Below, piece by piece: positions 51,450-61,482 of a stretch of 64,000 nucleotides of DNA (positions are counted from its first letter, which is position 1; every line of letters starts with the position of its first letter). The notes below the pieces were generated by a model, which saw only the letters and a list, made by a program, of their open reading frames with translations, did no database searches and had not been told where the DNA came from. The DNA is from a virus. The position numbers and the translations under genes are program-made. The stretch lies in the IMG/VR virus record IMGVR_UViG_3300044613_002638, positions 1 through 64,000 of that record; one strand, given 5' to 3'.

Positions 51450-54400
51450 ATGGCCATTGGTAGAATTAGCGGCGCACTACTATTTTCCGACCTAGATCGA
51501 CAAGGCACAGATCTTGCTTTTACCACCAATGGCCAGCCATTGGTTTACATGGATTTTACCAACTTTAGACTAGGTATCAATACTAATTCTATTGTTGATA
51601 CGTTTACAGTTGATGGAACTGCTAATGTTTCAGGCATAACAAAAATTTATGGAAATTTAGTTGCTGCATCTGGTGTTGAAGCATATGATGTTACTACGGG
51701 TGCATTCAATGTGGTTGGCGGTGCTGGTATCACTGGTAATTTATATGCAGGTAATTTATTTGCCAACAACTTCAGTGGTAATATCTCTAATGCCGGCGGC
51801 AGTTCTATTTTTGGTAATATCGCAGTCACCTATGCAGGAGTATTTGGATCACTTAACACAGCGAATGCCGTAATCACTGGTGGCTATATAAATGACCTAG
51901 CCAATCTTACCGCTACTGCTGCTCAGTTTTCAAATTTTAGTTCAGGTAACATACTAGTTTCTGGCGGTTATATCTCATCGCTGTCAAATATTACAGCTAC
52001 CACAGGCAATGTAGAAAGTTGGTATGCTACTGCACTTAATGCTACCAATGGTAATATAACTACCCTTACTGTTACAAATTTTAGCACTGGTAATGCTGTT
52101 ATTAGTGGTGGTTATATAACCAGTTTAAGTAATGCATATATCACAACCAGTGATGTAACAAATTTTAGCACAGGCAACGCTGTTATAAGCGGTGGCTATA
52201 TTGCTGGATTGGCAAATGCAACTATAACCACAGGTAATGTAGAAAGTTGGTATGCTACAGAATTAAATGGCACCAATGGTAATATCACTAATCTAACTGC
52301 TACAAACTTTAGTTCAGGCAACGTTCTAATTTCTGGCGGATATATTAGTCAACTTTCTAATATAACTGCGGTCACTGCTAATCTTGGTAATTTACAGATT
52401 GAAGATATTACATTATCTAGTTTAGTAGGTAATATAATCATCGAGCCCTTATTGAGTGATAGTAATGCTTTAACAATTATAAGTGGAACTAGCGCATTAC
52501 AATTACCTTCTGGAACAACTGTACAACAACCCAGTAATGCTTATCCAGGTGCTATAAGATGGAACACTAGTATAAGCAGCATCGAAGTATATTCGGATCC
52601 AACTTGGATTCCTTTACTAAGCGAAATAAACAACCAAGTAATTACCCCAGACGGTGTGAGCAATAATTACGTATTGGATTATGTCAGCACTGCTGAAGGT
52701 ATTATTGTCAGCATTAACGGAACATTACAGCAACCTGGAACAGCCTATACAGTATCTGGATCTACTATTTCCTTTACAGAAGTTCCATTAGTATCAGATA
52801 TTATATCTATTAGATTCATTTCTGCCGGTATTACTGAAAACAATGTTAATTTTGGAAACATTGCTGCTAATCTTATACCTTATGCTAATGTCACTTATGA
52901 TTTAGGATCTACATCTAATAGATGGAGAGATTTATGGTTAGCAGGAAACAGTATTCATCTGGGTGCAGCACTAATAACTAGTGTAGGCAATACAGTACAA
53001 CTACCAGCCGGTTCTACTGTAGGAGGTGCCAATGTTGATATTACATCAATTGAATCTAATATTATTGTTTTAAATGCAAATGTAGAAGCAGCTAACGCAG
53101 CTATAATTACTGCAAACTCGGCAATGAAAACCTATGTTGACGTTAACATTGCCGATGCTATCTTCATCGCTGGAAGTTATGGCAATGCAGTTGTTGCAGA
53201 ATATTTGTATTTTGACCCTTTAATATTATCTATTAGAGCCAACCTTGGTTCGACTCAAATTTGGGCTAATGCAAATATAGCTACCATTAATGCCAATTTG
53301 GGTTCATATCAAACATATGCCAATGCTAACGTTGTGGCTATACAGGACAACTTAAGTGCATATCAAACATACGCTAATGCCAATGTTGTGGCTATCCAGG
53401 ACAATTTAAGCGCATATCAAACATATGCCAATGCTAACGTTGTGGCTATACAGGCCAATTTGGGTTCATATCAAACATATGCCAATGCTAATGTTGTAGC
53501 TATACAAGCCAATCTAGGTGCCTACCAAACGTATGCAAATGCCAATGTTGTTGCCACTCAGGCTAACTTAGGTTCTTTTCAGACATACGCTAATACCAAA
53601 ATTGGAACTAATAGCAACAGCAATCTGGTGGTTGTAGCGACTACCGCTACAACTTCAACCACTACAGGTGCATTAATTGTTAGAGGCGGAACTGGAATAG
53701 CTGGTGCTGCTGTGGTTGCTGGTAATGTAACAATAGGCACCACAGCCCTTTCGTCACGAGCTAATTTATATCTTACAGGAGGAAATTTAGCAGCAGCTCC
53801 TGGTAGTTCACTTAAGATTGCAGAATTTCATTCAACAGTTACTAATGCTTCATATATTCAATTTTTAACACAAAGACACGCTCAAGGTGCAGATTGGACC
53901 ACTGCTAACACTAGAATACAGCAAATGATTGATGTAACTCCGCAGGGTTACATTGAATTTAATCCCAATGGGGCACAGTATGGAGTGGCAATAGGGTCTC
54001 AAAATTTCCAGGATATTGCACGATTTCACGACAGTACTGGTAATGTGGTTATCAGATCAACTACCGCAACAACATCAACAACCACAGGTGCTTTAGTTGT
54101 TGCTGGTGGTGTTGGTGTGGGTGGTAGTATCAGAGTTAGTGGAAATGTAGGAATTGGAACGTCAACTCCGCAAACAGGAACTTTATTCAATGTAGCAGGA
54201 ATTTCGGACCTTGGCAGAGATGGTTCGAATGGTTACATCCAAGTAGTTGGTGGTGGTGTAACTAATACAGGGTACATAGGATTTTATACCAGTGCCGATG
54301 TTCGACAAGCATATATCGGTTATATAGGTACTCCCAATGATGCGCTCAACATCGAAACTGATGCAGGATCAAATAAACCAATTCGATTTGCAACAAATGC

Positions 54401-55301
54401 TACACCTAGAATGACTATTGCCAGTAGTGGCAACGTAACGGTATCTAACTACTTAACTGCAAACTTAACAACCACAACTAGCGGTCCATTTGATTCAGGT
54501 ACAGGTGCTACGTGGACCAATCCTCGAACTACAGCAACTTGGGCTAAAATTGAAATCTGGGGTGGCGGTGGCGGTGGTGGTGGTTCCGCTTCTGGTGGTG
54601 CAGGAGGTGGTGGTGGCGGTGGTGCGTATTTTACTGTGACAGTCCCGTTTAATTATCTTGGCGCTACAGAAACTTACACCGTTGGCGGAGGCGGCGCAGG
54701 AGTAGCTTCTGCAACTAACGGAAGCGGTGGTGGAACTACTACGTTTACTATTTCAAATTGGCCTGGCGGTGCAAGAACCATCTCTGCTTACGGTGGCGGT
54801 GGCGGAGGTGGCGCCGCATCTACTGTTGGTTATTCTGGTGGCGGTGGCGGAGGTGTTTTAGGAACGGGCGGTAGCGCAGCAGGCGGAACAATTGGGCAAG
54901 GAGGTGCTCCTATAGCCGGCGTACAGGCCAGTGGTGATGGTAACGAAGGTTATGGCGGAGGAGCCGGGTCCGGCGCAGTAGCAACACCAGGTGGTTTTGC
55001 CTACTACGGAGGTGGTGGTGGAGGTTGTGGCGAAAATGCTACTGGAACAGGCGTTACTGGAATAGGTGGTAGTTCTGTGTATGGTGGAGGTGGTGGAGGT
55101 GGTGGTAACGACTCCGGCACTGTACGTTGCCCCGGTGGAACCTCTACATTTGGGGGTAAAGGCGGTGATGGTGGCTATGGAAATAATACCACTCCAGCGC
55201 AAGACGGCACAGTTCCCGGCGGTGGGGGAGGTGGTTCCGACTTAGGCACAGCAGGTTCTGGTGCCGGCGCAGCAGGTAGATTGCTAATTACTATATGGTA
55301 A
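51450..55301 (+). CDS. Long fibre/adhesin with C-terminal glycine-rich domain
   Basis: 1283 aa; MAIGRISG start, NFS.GN repeats, 18-aa repeats, WGGGGGGG...GAGAAG..LITIW C-terminus. Confidence 0.75.
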   Translation: MAIGRISGALLFSDLDRQGTDLAFTTNGQPLVYMDFTNFRLGINTNSIVDTFTVDGTANVSGITKIYGNLVAASGVEAYDVTTGAFNVVGGAGITGNLYAGNLFANNFSGNISNAGGSSIFGNIAVTYAGVFGSLNTANAVITGGYINDLANLTATAAQFSNFSSGNILVSGGYISSLSNITATTGNVESWYATALNATNGNITTLTVTNFSTGNAVISGGYITSLSNAYITTSDVTNFSTGNAVISGGYIAGLANATITTGNVESWYATELNGTNGNITNLTATNFSSGNVLISGGYISQLSNITAVTANLGNLQIEDITLSSLVGNIIIEPLLSDSNALTIISGTSALQLPSGTTVQQPSNAYPGAIRWNTSISSIEVYSDPTWIPLLSEINNQVITPDGVSNNYVLDYVSTAEGIIVSINGTLQQPGTAYTVSGSTISFTEVPLVSDIISIRFISAGITENNVNFGNIAANLIPYANVTYDLGSTSNRWRDLWLAGNSIHLGAALITSVGNTVQLPAGSTVGGANVDITSIESNIIVLNANVEAANAAIITANSAMKTYVDVNIADAIFIAGSYGNAVVAEYLYFDPLILSIRANLGSTQIWANANIATINANLGSYQTYANANVVAIQDNLSAYQTYANANVVAIQDNLSAYQTYANANVVAIQANLGSYQTYANANVVAIQANLGAYQTYANANVVATQANLGSFQTYANTKIGTNSNSNLVVVATTATTSTTTGALIVRGGTGIAGAAVVAGNVTIGTTALSSRANLYLTGGNLAAAPGSSLKIAEFHSTVTNASYIQFLTQRHAQGADWTTANTRIQQMIDVTPQGYIEFNPNGAQYGVAIGSQNFQDIARFHDSTGNVVIRSTTATTSTTTGALVVAGGVGVGGSIRVSGNVGIGTSTPQTGTLFNVAGISDLGRDGSNGYIQVVGGGVTNTGYIGFYTSADVRQAYIGYIGTPNDALNIETDAGSNKPIRFATNATPRMTIASSGNVTVSNYLTANLTTTTSGPFDSGTGATWTNPRTTATWAKIEIWGGGGGGGGSASGGAGGGGGGGAYFTVTVPFNYLGATETYTVGGGGAGVASATNGSGGGTTTFTISNWPGGARTISAYGGGGGGGAASTVGYSGGGGGGVLGTGGSAAGGTIGQGGAPIAGVQASGDGNEGYGGGAGSGAVATPGGFAYYGGGGGGCGENATGTGVTGIGGSSVYGGGGGGGGNDSGTVRCPGGTSTFGGKGGDGGYGNNTTPAQDGTVPGGGGGGSDLGTAGSGAGAAGRLLITIW
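53238..53600 (+). repeat. About 7 tandem 54-nt coding repeats (ANLGSYQTYANANVVAIQ)
   Basis: Units begin at 53238, 53292, 53346, 53400, 53454, 53508, 53562. Confidence 0.9.
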
Positions 55302-55305
55302 AATT

Positions 55306-55548
55306 ATGACTACTTTTGCAATTATTAATAGGAATACTTCTCGAGTTGAAAATATCAGTGAAGATCAGCGCAATGCTGAAGAAATAGTTCTTCCTGATCC
55401 ATATTTTGTTGTACCCATAAAAGACACACCTTCACTTGTGTGGACGCATGATGGCAACGAGTGGACTCAAATTTTGGGTTCAGGGATGGGCGGAATCGGC
55501 GACACATGGGACGGTGACAAATTTATCAGACCAAAACCTGTTGCATAA
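55306..55548 (+). CDS. Small fibre-associated protein
   Basis: 80 aa, FAII....VEN...GIGDTWDG.KF..P; follows the Gly-rich fibre. Confidence 0.65.
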   Translation: MTTFAIINRNTSRVENISEDQRNAEEIVLPDPYFVVPIKDTPSLVWTHDGNEWTQILGSGMGGIGDTWDGDKFIRPKPVA

Positions 55549-55655
55549 TCTTGCAGCAATACATCAATAAAAATACACTTTTATTTTCATAGTTTTACAC
55601 TTACGCAGCTGAATCTTTTTTTTGGTAAATAGTAGATATATCCTAAGGATTCATA

Positions 55656-58600
55656 ATGGCTGTCACACGAATTAAAAATAATCAGATCACTGACGCTACA
55701 ATTACAGCAGCTAAAATTGCAAGTCAAACATTAGTTGGCAGTTTATTTGCTACAGATCTTACGCTAAACTCCAATTTAAGTATTATTGGTAATCTTACCA
55801 TTACTGGAACATCCAGTAACATCAATGCTACCAATACGTTTATTTCTGATCCATTTGTAATTTTTAACAACGGTTACACAGGCTCGTTGACTAATTATAC
55901 AATTGGTATGTTGTTAAATCGTAATCTTTCTAGCTTAGGGGATTTTGGCGCAGTAAACACAGCTTGGGTTTGGTCAGAAGCAGATGCAGCATTTACAGGT
56001 ATAGCAACCACTGATACAGGTTCGGGTATCGTAAGCATTAATAATTCTGGTTACGCTAATATTAAAATAGGTAATTTACAAGCCGTTACTGCAATAAATG
56101 CTTCTAGCATTAGTGCTACTACAATTAGTTTCAATGACGCATCAGTAGCAAACTTAGTGGTAACAAATTTTAGTACCGGTAATGCAGTTATAAGTGGCGG
56201 TTATATTTCTGATTTAGCTAATGCCACTATAACAACTGGTAATGTACAGAGTTGGTATGCAACAGACTTAAATTCTACCAATGGAAATATCACTACCCTT
56301 ACAGCAACAACTGTTAATGCTGGTACAACAACATCAGCAACACTAAATGCAACAACTGGTAATGTCACTACATTAGGTGCTATAGATACAACTACAGTAA
56401 ATTTAAATGTTACCAGTGGTAATGTCACCACCTTAGGTGCTATAGATACAACTACAGTGAATCTAAATGCAACCAATGGAAATGTTACTACATTGGGCGT
56501 TGGAACTGCAACAGCCACTACACTTAACGCAACCAATGGTAATGTTACCACATTAGGCGCTGTAGATACCACTACAGTGAATTTGAATGTAACCAGTGGT
56601 AATGTTACCACCTTAGGTGCTATAGATACAACTACTGTAAATTTAAACGTTACTACTGGTAATATAACTACACTAGGTGCTGGAACTACAACTACCACTA
56701 CACTTAATACAACTACTGCTAATATAACAAGCGGAGATGCTACTACTTTTGTAGCTGATAATTTTAGTTCTGGTAATGCTGTTATTACAGGCGGCAGCAT
56801 AAACAGCAGTCCGGTAGGTAATTCTACACCATCAACTGGTGCGTTTACTACTTTGTCGTCGAATGGTTTAACAACTTTCACTGATGCAACACAAAGCGAT
56901 AACGCATCAACTGGTGCAGTTGTAGTTACTGGTGGTGTAGGTATTGGTGCTAATTTAAATGTAGCCGGAAATGTAACTATACTTGGTAATCTTCTAGTAT
57001 TAGGAAATACTACAACACTTAACACTGAAACATTAAATGTAGAAGATTTGAATATTACTGTAGCGGCCAATGCTACAAGTGGAGCTGAAGCTAATGGAGC
57101 CGGATTAACAGTAGCCGGAGCCAATGCCACCTTTACCTATTTAAATGCAGACGATAGCTGGAATCTGAATAAAAAATTAAACGGAACTAGTTTCAATGCA
57201 GCAGTAGCAAATATCACAAGTGCCAATATCACAACAATAGATGCAAGCACAACTACAACTGCAAATATAAATTCAACTACTGGTAATATTACTACACTTA
57301 CATCGACCACAATCAACGCAGGAACAACTACGTCTGCTGTGTTAAATGCTACTACAGGTAATATTACTACACTAGATTCAGGAACTACTACAACTGCTAA
57401 TCTTAACACTAGCAATGCGAATATTACCTCTGGTTTTGCTACTACATTGGTAGTCACTAATTTTAGTTCGCCTAACGCAGTAGTAACAGGCGGTTCTATC
57501 AACAATACTATTATTGGAAATTCCACGCCAGCTGCTGCTACGGTAACTCTGCTATTGGCTGAAGGTAACATTGTTGCTAACTCGGGTACTTTAGCAACTA
57601 ATTATACCACTGGTGCCATTGTGGTACCAAATGGCGGTGGTGTTGGTATTACAGGCGATTTATGGGTTCAAGGGCCTAGCACATTTGCTGGTAATATTGT
57701 AGCAGGTAACATTCAGTTAAGCGGTAATATAAACGTACCAGTTGGCGGAACTTTCTCCAATACAGGTGTGTTCTTTGGTAATGCTGGAGGTATTGGTGCT
57801 TTGTATGCTGGTACTACCACATACACTGCCTTGCCTACTACTGTTTTACAACTTAGTGGAAATGTAGACACTTACGCTCAGCTTAACTTTCAAAATATAA
57901 ATTCTGGAAGTGCAGCTAGTACAGACTTTGTAGCAACAGCCGACAACGGGTCAGACACAGACGGATATATCAACCTAGGTATAAACTCTAGCACATTTAA
58001 TGTACCAGAATATCCTGGATATTATCCAAATGATGGTTATTTGATCTTGCATGGACTTGAACCAGGCACGGGTAATCTAAATATTCATTCGCATGCATCA
58101 ACTTCAGTAATTAAATTTATTCAAGGTGAGTTTGATGATGGCAATACAAAAGCAGCTATTACTTCCAACGGATTATTTGTAAATGCCACTACTGCCACTA
58201 CATCAACCACTAGCGGTGCTTTCATTGTTACAGGCGGTGCTGCTTTTGGAAGTAATATTAATGCCGCTCAAGGCGCAGTGTTCAACGTGTCCAAAACTGC
58301 TAACTATGATTTTATTGTACGCGGTGACAACGACGATACATTGATTTGGGCCAGACCTAGTAGTGCATATGATTCAGTTGTAATTGGTAATAGTGCTACA
58401 ACAAGCACATTGGTTGCAGGCGCTAAATTAATTATCAACACCACTGATTCTATTTTAATTCCAGTTGGATCTACGGCACAAAGACCAGGGTCGACTGGCG
58501 GCACTGATACTGCTGGTATGATAAGATTTAATACCAGTAACGCACAATTAGAATTTTATAATGGTTCAAGTTGGACTAATACTGGCACCAGTTTTACAGT

Positions 58601-59411
58601 TATTGCGTCTGAAACCTTTGATGGTGATGATCTGACAGTAAACTTTACACTTGCTGCGTCGGCTACTACTGCCAGCGTTATTGTGAGCACAAACGGTGTT
58701 CTACAAATCCCAGGACTGGCTTATACAGTGAGTGGTACTACACTTACTTTCACATCGGCACCGGCCACAGGTGACAAAATAGAAGTTCGTAGACTTGCAA
58801 CTACAGCAACAGTATCAACATTAGAGTCATCAAATGGATTTGTATCTTTTGTAACAACTAATACTTTTGCCAACATCAATGCTGGTACAGGATCTGCTGT
58901 TACTAGAATGAGTTTCAACACCACTGGTAATGTTGCAGTTACTGGTAATATAGCTCCTAGTGCAAACGTTGCTTATGATTTAGGTGATTCTACCAATTGG
59001 TTTAAAAATATTTTTGTAAATTCAACTATAACTGGTGGTGCTGATATCGCAGAAAATTATATAGCTGACGCTGTTTATAACCCAGGTACAGTTGTTGAAT
59101 TCGGAGGCGAAGCAGAAGTAACCGTTTCAATGACTGAAGGTAGCACCAAAATTGCCGGCGTAATAACTTCAAATCCTGCTCATGTCATGAATGGTGGTTT
59201 AAAAGGCAGTTCTATTGCTAGTGTGGCCTTATTGGGTCGTGTACCTGTAAATGTAATTGGACCAGTTTATAAAGGGGATATGTTGATTAGTGCGGGTTAT
59301 GGATTCGCACGTGCCTGTTCAAATCCAATAATAGGATCAGTGATTGGCAAGGCATTGGCAAATTTTGATGGAGAAAAAGGTTCAGTCGAAGTGGTTGTTG
59401 GCAGGCTATAA
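55656..59411 (+). CDS. Long fibre protein with C-terminal IMC-like chaperone domain
   Basis: 1251 aa; MAVTRIKNNQITD start, Thr/Asn repeats, GADIAE...GRVPV.V.G...KGD. Confidence 0.78.
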   Translation: MAVTRIKNNQITDATITAAKIASQTLVGSLFATDLTLNSNLSIIGNLTITGTSSNINATNTFISDPFVIFNNGYTGSLTNYTIGMLLNRNLSSLGDFGAVNTAWVWSEADAAFTGIATTDTGSGIVSINNSGYANIKIGNLQAVTAINASSISATTISFNDASVANLVVTNFSTGNAVISGGYISDLANATITTGNVQSWYATDLNSTNGNITTLTATTVNAGTTTSATLNATTGNVTTLGAIDTTTVNLNVTSGNVTTLGAIDTTTVNLNATNGNVTTLGVGTATATTLNATNGNVTTLGAVDTTTVNLNVTSGNVTTLGAIDTTTVNLNVTTGNITTLGAGTTTTTTLNTTTANITSGDATTFVADNFSSGNAVITGGSINSSPVGNSTPSTGAFTTLSSNGLTTFTDATQSDNASTGAVVVTGGVGIGANLNVAGNVTILGNLLVLGNTTTLNTETLNVEDLNITVAANATSGAEANGAGLTVAGANATFTYLNADDSWNLNKKLNGTSFNAAVANITSANITTIDASTTTTANINSTTGNITTLTSTTINAGTTTSAVLNATTGNITTLDSGTTTTANLNTSNANITSGFATTLVVTNFSSPNAVVTGGSINNTIIGNSTPAAATVTLLLAEGNIVANSGTLATNYTTGAIVVPNGGGVGITGDLWVQGPSTFAGNIVAGNIQLSGNINVPVGGTFSNTGVFFGNAGGIGALYAGTTTYTALPTTVLQLSGNVDTYAQLNFQNINSGSAASTDFVATADNGSDTDGYINLGINSSTFNVPEYPGYYPNDGYLILHGLEPGTGNLNIHSHASTSVIKFIQGEFDDGNTKAAITSNGLFVNATTATTSTTSGAFIVTGGAAFGSNINAAQGAVFNVSKTANYDFIVRGDNDDTLIWARPSSAYDSVVIGNSATTSTLVAGAKLIINTTDSILIPVGSTAQRPGSTGGTDTAGMIRFNTSNAQLEFYNGSSWTNTGTSFTVIASETFDGDDLTVNFTLAASATTASVIVSTNGVLQIPGLAYTVSGTTLTFTSAPATGDKIEVRRLATTATVSTLESSNGFVSFVTTNTFANINAGTGSAVTRMSFNTTGNVAVTGNIAPSANVAYDLGDSTNWFKNIFVNSTITGGADIAENYIADAVYNPGTVVEFGGEAEVTVSMTEGSTKIAGVITSNPAHVMNGGLKGSSIASVALLGRVPVNVIGPVYKGDMLISAGYGFARACSNPIIGSVIGKALANFDGEKGSVEVVVGRL
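56361..56720 (+). repeat. Six tandem 60-nt coding repeats (NVTTLGAIDTTTVNLNVTSG)
   Basis: Units at 56361, 56421, 56481, 56541, 56601, 56661. Confidence 0.88.
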
Positions 59412-59423
59412 AGGTTAACTAAA

Positions 59424-60137
59424 ATGGCTTTAACAAAACCCAAGCTTAGTCAGAATATCGACACCGATGTCTCAGTTTTTAGCGATCCAATATTAGTATT
59501 ACATCAAGGATCAACATCTGCAAATTTAGATGTTGGTTTTTTAATGAATCGTTCAAACGGTTTAACGTCCAATGCTGCGGTTATTTGGCAAGAAAGCACG
59601 AGAAGTTTTGTTTATATATTAACAAACGATAGTGGTGCATCAAATTCAAATCTTAATGTTTTATCATATGCCAACGTAACAGTAGGTAATATAACTTCCA
59701 ACGTTTTATACACTTACGAAGGTATTCGTTGGGCAGGTAATGGTAACGTTTTTGCGTCTGGCGGCGGTGGGGGCATAACTTACACAGCAAGTGCAACGGC
59801 TCCGTTGTCTCCTACAATTGGCGATCAATGGTATGATACCGGAACAGATATATTATTTGAATATATTGACGATGGGGATGATGTTTATTGGGTAGATATC
59901 AATTCGCCTACACTGTATACAAATAATATTGTAACTGGTACAAGTTTATCAATAACAGGTAATGCAACTGTAAACGATACTATGACTGCAGGCAATATTA
60001 GAACCAATGGAATATATTGGTCGGCAAATGGAATACCAATTACAAGCACTACCGGCGGATTGCCAATTGATTTTGGTTTTGTAACTGATCCAGTGGCTTC
60101 ATTAAACAGTCAAATTAATTTTGGTACTGTTATATAA
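59424..60137 (+). CDS. Fibre-related virion protein
   Basis: DVGF..NR...W.E and AP..P..GDQWYDT...YWVD modules. Confidence 0.65.
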   Translation: MALTKPKLSQNIDTDVSVFSDPILVLHQGSTSANLDVGFLMNRSNGLTSNAAVIWQESTRSFVYILTNDSGASNSNLNVLSYANVTVGNITSNVLYTYEGIRWAGNGNVFASGGGGGITYTASATAPLSPTIGDQWYDTGTDILFEYIDDGDDVYWVDINSPTLYTNNIVTGTSLSITGNATVNDTMTAGNIRTNGIYWSANGIPITSTTGGLPIDFGFVTDPVASLNSQINFGTVI

Positions 60138-60173
60138 AACCAGGCAAATAAATATAAAGATAAAGGTTTAGAA

Positions 60174-61481
60174 ATGAGTACACAAGTACAATGGCGAAGA
60201 GGAACCGACAGCGAGATTGCTGCATTTACTGGTGCTGACGGCGAAATCACTGTTAACACCACTAATTACACATTAAATGTTCACGATGGTGTAACTGCCG
60301 GTGGCTTTGCTATTGTGGGCACGACAGCTACTCAAGCTCTTTCTAACAAAACTTTGAGCGGCAACACTACAATTAGCGGTAATTTAATTCCTGGTGCAAA
60401 TATTACTTACAGTTTAGGCACAAGCACAGCTAGGTTTAAAGATTTATGGTTAGCTGGAAATACAATCTATTTAGATGGTGCCAATATTAGTGTAGTCAAT
60501 GGTAACATTGTGTTTTATAATACCCAAGGTGCATCTGTTGATATTGGGTCATTGGATTCAACTTCAACTGCTTTTCAAACTTATGCAAATACAAAAATTG
60601 GAACAAACTCTAATAGTAATTTAGTTGTGCTGAGTACAACAGCTACAACTTCTGCTACCACTGGTGCACTAGTAGTGAGAGGCGGAGTTGGTATAGCTGG
60701 TAATGTTATAGTAGGCGGAACTGGTGCGAGTTCTCTAAGAGCAGGTGCATTTGTCACTGATGTTCTTAATCTTGATCCTGGCACAAGTAATATAGCTTCG
60801 AGATTTGGAAAAGGGGCCATAGCATCAGGCACAGGCATAATAGGATGGAATCGCAGTGCCGGTCGTGGCGAAATGTCTTTCGTACAAAACAAAAACGGCG
60901 GATCCCAAGGCGGATTTGTATTTTATGATTGGGCCAACACAGCAGTTAACACAACCACAGAGATTTTCGCTATAACAGAAACTGGAAATATAAGTGTGTT
61001 TGGTAATATTACACCAAATGCAAACGTGATTTACGATATAGGTAGTCCTACGTCTTGGTTTAATACATTTTATGGAGTATCAACTCAAGCTAGATACGCC
61101 GACTTGGCAGAAAACTATCAAGCAGACGATGACTATGAACCAGGTGCTGTGTTGGTATTTGGTGGTACACACGAAGTTACTATATCAACACAATCTCATG
61201 ACACCACAGTGGCAGGTGTTGTATCTACTAGCCCTGCACATTTAATGAATGGAGCATTGCAAGGGCACAATGTTGTAGCATTGGCATTGCAGGGACGAGT
61301 ACCTTGCCGTGTGCAAGGGCCTGTGAACAAAGGCACTGTATTAGTTTCAAGTTCAATACCAGGAACTGCTGAAGCAATTGATTATACATATTATCAACCA
61401 GGCTCAATTTTAGGAAAAAGCTTAGAACAAATTGAAGATAACAGTATTAGAACAATAGAAATAGTTGTAGGAAGATTCTAA
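60174..61481 (+). CDS. Fibre protein with Mtd-N-like N-terminus and IMC-like C-terminus
   Basis: QVQWRRGT...FTGA.GEITV.T....VHDG.T.GG; YADLAE...GRVPCRV. Confidence 0.75.
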   Translation: MSTQVQWRRGTDSEIAAFTGADGEITVNTTNYTLNVHDGVTAGGFAIVGTTATQALSNKTLSGNTTISGNLIPGANITYSLGTSTARFKDLWLAGNTIYLDGANISVVNGNIVFYNTQGASVDIGSLDSTSTAFQTYANTKIGTNSNSNLVVLSTTATTSATTGALVVRGGVGIAGNVIVGGTGASSLRAGAFVTDVLNLDPGTSNIASRFGKGAIASGTGIIGWNRSAGRGEMSFVQNKNGGSQGGFVFYDWANTAVNTTTEIFAITETGNISVFGNITPNANVIYDIGSPTSWFNTFYGVSTQARYADLAENYQADDDYEPGAVLVFGGTHEVTISTQSHDTTVAGVVSTSPAHLMNGALQGHNVVALALQGRVPCRVQGPVNKGTVLVSSSIPGTAEAIDYTYYQPGSILGKSLEQIEDNSIRTIEIVVGRF

Positions 61482-61482
61482 C

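Noticed and set aside
53238-56720. Tandem repeats as a CRISPR array
   Set aside because: Units are in-frame multiples of 3 with synonymous variation and no unique spacers; no cas genes
56201-57571. Long antisense ORFs (309 and 144 aa) and the many other opposite-strand ORFs in the track
   Set aside because: Shadows of Thr/Asn/Gly-rich or low-complexity genes; Val/Leu/Pro-biased translations without motifs or RBS
60174-61481. Diversity-generating retroelement suggested by the Mtd-N-like domain
   Set aside because: No reverse transcriptase and no adenine-specific TR/VR pair seen in the window; cannot exclude one elsewhere in the genome
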